Source of the DNA: Laetmonice hystrix
Lineage: Eukaryota
Direction: 5' to 3'
Assembly (NCBI GenBank): GCA_965235115.1
Contig: OZ249443.1
Coordinates: forward strand, 8,308,001-8,372,000
Length of the DNA stretch: 64,000 nt
Of this stretch, positions 55,966 to 64,000 are shown one piece after another (within the stretch, counting starts at the first letter, position 1; the number at the start of each line of letters is the position of its first letter). The notes beneath the pieces were generated by a model. It worked only from the letters and a program-made list of their open reading frames with translations, had not been told where the DNA came from and did no database searches. Made by a program: the position numbers and the translations under genes.

Positions 55966-57984
55966 TGCGGTACGAATGACATCGATGGAAAGCGAGCAGC
56001 GCCTGAGTGAACATCATTCTCTCCAAGCCCACGGCAGAAAGTGATGTTGTTTTATTTGTTCTTGCGTTCAGACGTTGTGAAATGCACTGGAGTATTTTTG
56101 ATTACTGATTTTCTATAGATTTCTTTACTCGAGTCAAGCGGATGCAATAATGATAACAGGGCGCGGGGAACGTGGAGATATTTTTTGTTTCATTGAACAA
56201 GATGTCTGACATTGACGTCAAAGGGAAATTACATTAGCGCAGTGCTGCCACAAAATACGTCGTTTTATAAGAAAGAATCAAACCAACATATATGTCCTCT
56301 GTTCTTTATCTGCGTATGGGATTTTTTTATAAGATTTTTGACAGAATGCAGGATACTTCAGAGAGGTGGAGGTTGCGGTAGGATGTAGCGACATTTTACT
56401 AACACAGTCGTTTCATGACTATACAATAAATCACACGATACTCGTTGAACCTCTGCCCCTGAGGTCTACATTTTGTGAAAGTTTTACATATCAGCCACAC
56501 GTTCTAGTGCCAGACCTATTCACAATCTAACGCCGGCTCTGTTTTAATAGCACGTGATAAAGTGAGGCTGACGTCGGTGGCCCTCGTTCACGGATCAACT
56601 TCAACACCTCTCGGGCTAGACGCCCACTTTGTTAGTCCAAGCTGATGTATACGGACACAGAGTCCGGGCTACATGACCGATAGATCAGACAGCAGGTCGC
56701 CACCCACGGTCTCCGCTCTGGTCTGTTGTCTGTACACGCAGTAATTACATTGTGAAAAGGCAATAATTGCTTAACGCAATGGTTGACAAACGCATGCGAT
56801 TCATTTAGTCTGCGTGATCTAGGGATTTTCCCAGACGAACTGGCATGCTGGGCACTCACGGCGTGCCTATAGTCTATAATTGACTGATTGTATCAGAGCT
56901 CCAACTATATAGAGGCGTAATATTGCCACGGACCATGATTAGCCGGCAAGCCCTGACCATACTCTAGCAGGGACATGGATTACGGAGCTGCAATCTGTGG
57001 ACTATATTTTGGGAAGATTCTTTATTGACGATAGGTGATGGTATTTTTCTAAAATTGACATATAACTCTTTGACTGAGCCAAATACGGGCCATTAATGTT
57101 TTCAACAGCTAGAGTATAGAGTCTGTTGAGTACATGTATATGTGAAGGTCACACAATGAACACACTGTCCGCCATTTATACTTTAAACCCGCAGAAAAAT
57201 ATCAATAATATTATTCTGGACCTAAGGAAAGTGTCACGCTTTAATTTTCTGAAGGTAATTACGTTAACATTGGCGACTTGTGGATTTTATGACATTTGTA
57301 ATACGAGACCTTCCATGGAAACACCCTTTTATATACCATCATTAGCTTGGCTGCCTTTCTCTTTCCTTCATTACAAGGTTATAGTTTCACATAAATATCG
57401 TCTCAGCTATAAATCTGTCGGGTTTGCCTCGTTGTCTAGATCATTCCTGGGTCAACTGTTCAGAGGTTGCCATGAGTGACACGTGATAATATTTGCGTCA
57501 ATCTTTAAATCACATCTCTTGTATGAGTATGAACAGCCACTAATGGATGGAGTGGGGGTATGAGACTTTTTATTCACACACGACGAATGACGACAAGCGA
57601 TAAGTCTCTGGAGCATCGAACCATTAGCTACCCAATAGACCACCCCTAAATAGGAGGGGCTTGCTTTGTTATTAGGGTTGGCCCTCTGTCCTATTCCTGG
57701 TATGGGCCTATTTCCTTAGTTCCTGACTTCCCAAATACCCAGCCCTAATAAAACACAGGACCACGTTCGTGATGTGCTGACTGACCCGTGCCGCGTGTAC
57801 ATAGGGGTCTCTTGGGGTTCGTACGCTGCAGGACAAAACAAGAAATGGAGTTCATTACTGACTTACAAATAGTTCAGCCTCGACGGCCTCTAATACCTCA
57901 TGAATACACGCCCGTCTGGCTCTAGCGTGATCCCATGGTATTCCAACAACTCGCGTCGAGATCAGCCGTGAAGGTGGACTGTCC

Positions 57985-58140
57985 GGACGGGGGCAGGGCG
58001 CGGGCGTGGGCAGGGCGTGGACGGGGGGAGGGCGTGGACGGGGGGAGGGCGTGGACGGGGGGAGGGCGTGGACGGGGGCAGGGCGTGGGCCGTGGCAGGG
58101 CGTGGACGGGGGAGGGTGTGGACAGGGGCAGGGTGTGAAC
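57985..58140. repeat. G-rich tandem repeat of about 17 bp
   Basis: Unit GGG(A/C)GGGCGTGGACGGG, about 9 degenerate copies. Confidence 0.9.
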
Positions 58141-61100
58141 GGGGGGAGGTCGTGGGTTTCTTTAATTGCATTTAAAAACCTTCATCAGGTTTGGATATAA
58201 TAACTTAACTATAATAATTGAAGGGTAAAAATACCCATCGTACATGGAGTTAGAATAAGCTACAAAAATTTCATTAAACACTGCCTGTCTGATCGGTTAA
58301 GCTGAAAGTGCCATTCATCTCGCTAAACTTTGGTGCCGGATTACATTAAAGTTAAAATCCGTGTTGACACAGAGATTGTATCCAGCAATGGCTGCGGGGA
58401 GATACAGCCGTCTGTGTGTGTCAGAGACGTAGGGAAGTAATTCGTGACAAAATTATCCTATAATAGCAAGGCGGCCGCACGTTGACAATCCCATGGTGGG
58501 CAAGACCCTTAGCTGAGGTTGGTATGAGGCGTATTGATAATTTGTCACTGGTACACGCGGGACTTACTGAGGATGGATCGATGGGACATCATTGTGAAAA
58601 AAAAACGTGGAGGGGAGTGGGGACGTTGTGGTCAGATAGCTAGAGTTCACATCATGACTGATTGTCTATGGACTGTAATATACAAGCAATGAAAGCCGAG
58701 GCAGACTGAACCAGTGAACAGGAAAATGAATCAACGACCGCCGGATCTTTGCCAGACACTCAATAAACTGTCTCCTATAAAAATGACTTCCATATAAAGT
58801 TCAAACTGAAGAACACACATCTGGCATTTCCTTCCATTTATCTGTGAACGCCTCACAGGATGTTTGTTGGGATTACACCCACGAATAACGCCAGAGGTCC
58901 GTTCTCAACATTGCCGTGGAAGAATGGCTTCAATTGAGTGCTCCAACTAGCGCTTTACCCAACTCGACAAGAGATTCCCATTTCAATCTTTCAGACCACT
59001 TTTACAAGCACCAATTCAGTTTTTTGAGGCATCGTTACGATATTGAATTCTCAATAATTTGATTTAGTGGCGCATTACAAAAGGAAGAATGATCATTAAG
59101 CTGGTTTATCAGATTCATTAAAAGTTGTCTTGAACTTCTTTGGCAAATTAATACTTAGTTTAAAGGAATGGGGAATCTAACGTAACGGTTGCCATGTCGT
59201 CTGCCTGAGAAACCCCGCCAGTCCTGGGAAGCCCGCAGTCTTGCGGAGCAAACAAGATGTATTTTAGCAGTACTTAATTCTGTAGGAACTGATTTGAATG
59301 GATTGATAAATTGTACTCAACGTGATAGATCCCTCGTGCTATTTTCTTCGTGTTCCATTCTTTTATTTAAATAAATTCCAAGAAAGCAAATACAGACAGG
59401 AAGCCTTGAATCTGAAATAATGCCAGCAATTATATTATATTATAATTATATTAAATGCTTCATTTAAAATTATTTCTTGTGTGCGGGACTACTGTGTATC
59501 TCCACTGTACTGTGACATTACCGCCTGTATCTAAATTCACGCTGAGGTTTCCTTCCACACAGTCAGCGTGCTGTTTTACTCACCCATCATCCCTAAACAT
59601 GTATTCTAAGCATGGCGTATACACTTATGTTTGTCAACGTAATAAAATACACAAATGTTTTTGTTTTCTGCACACTACTGTTTGTCTCTTGATTCTTGAT
59701 CATCACTAAATAATGATAATTAACCCGATAGTGGCTTGATTTTATGTCAACAAAATGACAAACTCGCTGAAACATCCCACTGCGATTATTTAAAAAAACC
59801 GTCATGTTTCATCGATATATCGGCTATGACCTTTGGACAATGAATCAAGACAAAAATAATAAAGCCGGAAAACTATTTCAAATAGGAGCTGTACTTATAA
59901 ATTAATGCATCATACAAGATTTATGTACCTTAAAAAAACTTGATTTTGCCCTGCGCTTGTTGTGAACCGCATCTAGTTTTTTTTCAGCGTCAGCACAGCA
60001 GGGTGGTGTCGACACAAGCGTGTTCTCGATCCAGTATTTATTGTAATACGTATAATCAGGTTTGCTGAAGGTTTTTATGAGTTTATTCCGTGCGAGATTT
60101 AGTAAGCGAGTGTAAAAAATCCACATACTTAGCGGGTATCTGGGATTGCAGTGTTGTCGAGGATAGTGCCATACATATTAATGATTAGAGACTCATTCAT
60201 CATGAAGCTAGGATTATCATTATTCGCTTGTAAATACTTGGCAAAATGAACTCCCTGTCGCCTTTATTTTAGTATCCTGAGTGACGGTGAAATATCCTCA
60301 TGAACGGGACGTGACATTGGTAAACGCCATGGTCCTAAACCTGGACTGTCATCCTATTGACTGCATACTAATTGAGCATACTTTATGTTGTAATAATAGA
60401 CCACATGCACGTTTCCCCAGCATGTCTGGCGCGGGGGGTTTCAATATAATTTGTTAACTTCAATTCCTGGGGGAGGGGGTTGGGGTGCGGTGGCTGAGTG
60501 GTCTCTGCCGCTGGCTGAGAATCACATGGTTTTTGGTCTGAGATATGAGAGGGTTAGTTTGTTACTTACTACATATTCGGTGATTTCGCGGGTACTCTGG
60601 TCCTGCTCGATATGACCCTAGCTATTACTGAGGCATAGCACCCCCATACAAGATTGAATCTAGTCCCGGGTATAGATCCTACACAACGACTTGTATTGTG
60701 GCACGTAAAATTACCCCGACCAGCCATTGCGTAATTGAGAGGAAGAAATCGTGTCCCGATGTACAGGTTTCTCTCTAATATCATCTTGGTTAAACCTACA
60801 GCAAAAGTTCCTCACTAACGTACCTTTGAACACCAGTAACACCATATAAAGTGTCTAAGGTCACACCGATAAGTGGAACACTGTCTACGGCGACTTTTTA
60901 AAAATACCGCCCGGGTCATTCGCTATTTCTCACGTGAGACAGCGGGAGCTATATCTATTAATAGATTGAGATAATGGCCAAATAGGGTAAACAAACCGAC
61001 GAAGCCAGCGGGAGAATGTCTCTACATTTCGGTTGATTATTTCTTTATTAAAGATCAGATAATCACAGAATTGTAGGTAAGAACAAGCTTGTTCATGCTG

Positions 61101-61318
61101 AACACCCTTATATTGATAGTTTGAACTTTTCTATTCCCTTTAACGGATAAAGCTGACATTGTAATTAGTCTCACCCTAAACATTGCCAACAGTTGCCACC
61201 AGGGCGACAACCTCTTGCTCACTCCACACAGAGCGCTTCAATATACCGTTTAGAAATGATAATACGTCAGCTTACCCATGTAATCATTCAGCTGTACACA
61301 CAAAGGAGTTCTCCTGTA

Positions 61319-61446
61319 GGGCCGTAGCCTGCGGGGGGGGGGGGGGGCAAGGGGGCAGCTCCTCCTGCGATTTCCTGTTTTTTGTTTTAAATGTAACCCC
61401 AACATTAACACTGCTATTGACACCTAGCTGGTACAGGCTACGGCCC
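61319..61446. mobile_element. Short MITE
   Basis: 13-bp perfect inverted termini GGGCCGTAGCCTG / CAGGCTACGGCCC. Confidence 0.6.
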
Positions 61447-61619
61447 CGTTAAATCTGCAAAACAAGATCGATTTAATTGCGTTAAAAACGTGATTCCAGG
61501 GGAGCAAAAAGAACGGCTGATTGTTGGGAGTTTCTGTTCAATTCTCCAGGGTCGCGGAAGTCTTCTCACAGCTCTACATCAGAAGGAATCAGGTCGTACT
61601 GGCTGCACTGGCTTCACTT

Positions 61620-61639
61620 TCATTCATTCATTCATTCAT

Positions 61640-61672
<33 letters not shown>
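61620..61672. repeat. (CATT)n plus (CT)n microsatellite
   Basis: Read directly from the sequence. Confidence 0.95.
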
Positions 61673-61678
<6 letters not shown>

Positions 61679-61747
61679 CTCTCTGTCGTTCTTTCTCTCT
61701 CCAACAACAAAAATACAAGAAACATGATAGGACATGTAGTTGCTTAA

Positions 61748-62134
61748 AGGCCCTGATCCACCGCTGCGGATTGCTTGCGAATTTGCTTGCGGTCGCCTTG
61801 CGGTCACTCAACCGCACGGTGACCGCAGCGGTGGATCACATCTTGGATTATAGCCAACGGACATGCTGCGGTCTACCGCAAGTCGTTTTGTCCTCTGCGG
61901 GCGACCTGCGGGCGACCTGCGGACATATCAAACCTGTTTGATTTTACCGCGGTAATGGACGGCCGCAGGACGACTGCAGTGCTTTCGCAGTTGTGTATCA
62001 GCTCAAACTCTCTTGCGGGCGCATTGCGGACGACAGGCGGTCGCCCACAGGCAGCCGGCGAATAACCAGCCGCAGACTGGCCGGTGAGTGACCGCCGTCC
62101 ACCCGCAGCCCGCCCGCATCGGTGGATCACAGGC
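61748..62134. mobile_element. TTAA-flanked non-autonomous DNA transposon, 387 bp
   Basis: TTAA at 61744-61747 and 62135-62138; inverted TGATCCACCG / CGGTGGATCA near the ends; GC-rich interior with CCGC/GCGG repeats. Confidence 0.65.
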
Positions 62135-62154
62135 TTAAGTATGGTAGGGTGGTG

Positions 62155-62340
62155 GGTGGCTCCAGTGGCCGAGTGGTCTAAGATATTTGCTCATGACAGA
62201 GCTCTAGGACCATCGCCTCACACCACTGCTGTCCGGGTTCGATCCCCTCCCCGGCCAGGGCTGCATGTGTGAAATGTTTTTCAGTCAGTTCTTCCCGAAG
62301 GCAAGGCGTAAACCCCCAGACAAGGTGACACTGGTGACTG
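62155..62340 (+). mobile_element. tRNA-derived SINE
   Basis: A-box TGGCCGAGTGGT at 62166-62177, B-box GGGTTCGATCCC at 62235-62246; spacing and flanks do not make a cloverleaf. Confidence 0.7.
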
Positions 62341-63133
62341 ATGACTGGCTGGCTAATTATACCTTCCTATGATACAATGATCAGGGGTAGTCAGGTGGCA
62401 AATCTCAACCCCGTAATACAAGTACCAAATCATGCATTCTCAATCTCTACGCTATAAGTATGTGATGTACATTGGTTACATGTATAAAGTAGTTATATAG
62501 GAAATGTTTTCTCTACACATACTGAATGTCATGCTTGTAGATTCCATGTCCGACCGCACAATAAGTTTATTACTTACAAGAAAGTACTCTACTGACATGG
62601 TTGGTTGTTGTCGAGTTTCAAGCTTGTATTTCCCCGTCGTCATATTTCATAGTCTACGTTTGTAGATGAAGTCACATTGGACCTCTGATAATCTTCATAA
62701 ATAGTGTTGTCGTTAGTTATCGCTTGCGTATAGCTTCTACAACTCACATGATAACAAAACGTGACCTTGACTGAATGCGAGGTGGTCCATGGTAATAAAT
62801 TATCACGACAGGCACATATATCAGAGATCGTCTAATTCCACATTCCGCTGCATGAATAAAAGAATAAAACAACAAAACCTTCTAATTCCTGTCGGTGTCA
62901 ACCTCCCTTACCCGTGGTATAAAAATGTTTTGGAGCTGTAGGCGTAAACGTCCCACGTTTCCCGGTTTGCTGGTTTCATTATGTCAGAGATATCACTGGA
63001 TTAGGCCTATGTAATATTCATACACATCGTACTGATCCCTGTTGCTTTACCGAGTAGCTGGGAGAAAACAGCAAGTCACTGACATTTCCGCGTACTTACG
63101 GGAATCTGAGAACGATGCTGTCATGTGGTGTTG

Positions 63134-63149
63134 TCAGCAGGGGGCGCTA
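63134..63149 (+). promoter_or_regulatory. CTCF-like motif in a CpG-containing, promoter-like region
   Basis: TCAGCAGGGGGCGCTA, one mismatch to the core. Confidence 0.45.
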
Positions 63150-64000
63150 GTGGTGGCGGGGACATGACTTCTCACTCCCTCACGAGTCGACATCACTAAA
63201 AGCGGCAGGATTATAGACAGCAAGCCAAAACACCACCTCGACAAGTGATCCGCTGGTTATTCCGTCACCTCCCATTATAGGTTTATGCAGCGCGGCGCCA
63301 CAAAGGTTATCTACACGGTCAACAGGATTCCTGAGAGATCAGTGTTACAACCCTATTGACATCCTCGGCTTTTTACATGGTTTAGGGCTTCAGAGGTGAC
63401 GGCGGAACGAATATTAGCATTCTCTCTCTCTTCATACGTCAGTCCCATCCCCTGTCGGTAAAGTACATGCTCAAGATGTCAGCGCAGTATTAAGAGGTCT
63501 TAGCTGCATTTAGAGCAGTGTTTCGCAATCATTTCGGGGTCACTGAAAACTTTGAGAATCTGATTCAGGGTATTAACCCCTCAACGGACATTTCTATTTT
63601 AAAAAAAACTCAGTATGTAAACATTCGCACGCAAAAATCATGCCGTCATTATTTTAGATGCCACTTTGAACATTCTCTCAGTTTTCTTACTCCCTCCCTT
63701 AAGCTGCCCTATAGACACCCCCCCCCCCCGATACATGACCGACTCATTAAACACCTATGACAGGGCTGAACCAGTTTGTTAAAAGTAGGGGTTGTTTGGC
63801 CAAGGTGAAAACTGATTTAATTCGAACCCCTGAGTGGCCTTACTCTAGGCTTATTGAGCAGGCCTTGTATGTATCATCAATAACGTAAGTGGGTCCACAT
63901 TTTGAAGGGTAATATCCTTAAAGAGATTTCGGCTATGTATAGCCTAATTAGTCCAAGGGTTAATCCTGGATGAAGGACTATGATGCGTGTCTAGATGACT

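Larger units (their letters stand above)
59929..63124 (-). other. Candidate orphan spliced transcript (exons 63124-63100, 60795-60570, 60064-59929)
   Basis: Two GTAAGT donors plus AAG|GTACAT; phases chain into one open frame of about 129 aa; no family recognised. Confidence 0.35.

Noticed and set aside
58700-59000. Minus frame MLRTDLWRYSW as an RdRp motif A of the same virus
   Set aside because: Similarity to TTDLxKYC is too weak, and no QGDNQ or other core motif was found nearby.
62155-62260. tRNA gene
   Set aside because: A and B boxes are present, but the spacing is too long and there is no acceptor stem; a SINE head fits better.
43000-64000. Myosin motor, IQ or coiled-coil exons for the MyTH4-FERM gene
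   Set aside because: No P-loop, switch I/II or IQ motifs in the ORF track or in the frames inspected. Exons under 60 codons and the gap cannot be fully excluded.

Overview
Eukaryotic (metazoan) genomic DNA, probably a mollusc or other lophotrochozoan, inferred only from repeat style (abundant TGACCTTGAC, GGAAACCGGAG-type SINE bodies, intronic minisatellites). Two spliced genes converge tail-to-tail. (1) On +, 1-29236, a Slo2/KCNT potassium channel runs from S6 to its stop codon; its 5' part lies outside the window. It has two pairs of tandem-duplicated, apparently mutually exclusive exons and several candidate frame-preserving cassette exons and microexons. (2) On -, 35684-41752 (probably to about 45.1 kb), a myosin-VII-derived gene encodes one MyTH4-FERM module, then stops without SH3 or a second MyTH4-FERM; no motor-domain exons were recognised upstream in the window. 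At about 48.7-54.5 kb, across a 152-N gap, lie decayed reading frames carrying motifs resembling the cap-methyltransferase of a negative-strand RNA virus L protein. They are followed by a second decayed ORF and an inverted duplication, and are interpreted as a putative endogenous viral element. The rest holds minisatellites, MITEs, SINEs and a cluster of CTCF motifs between the two genes. All calls come from manual translation and remembered family motifs; no database search was run.
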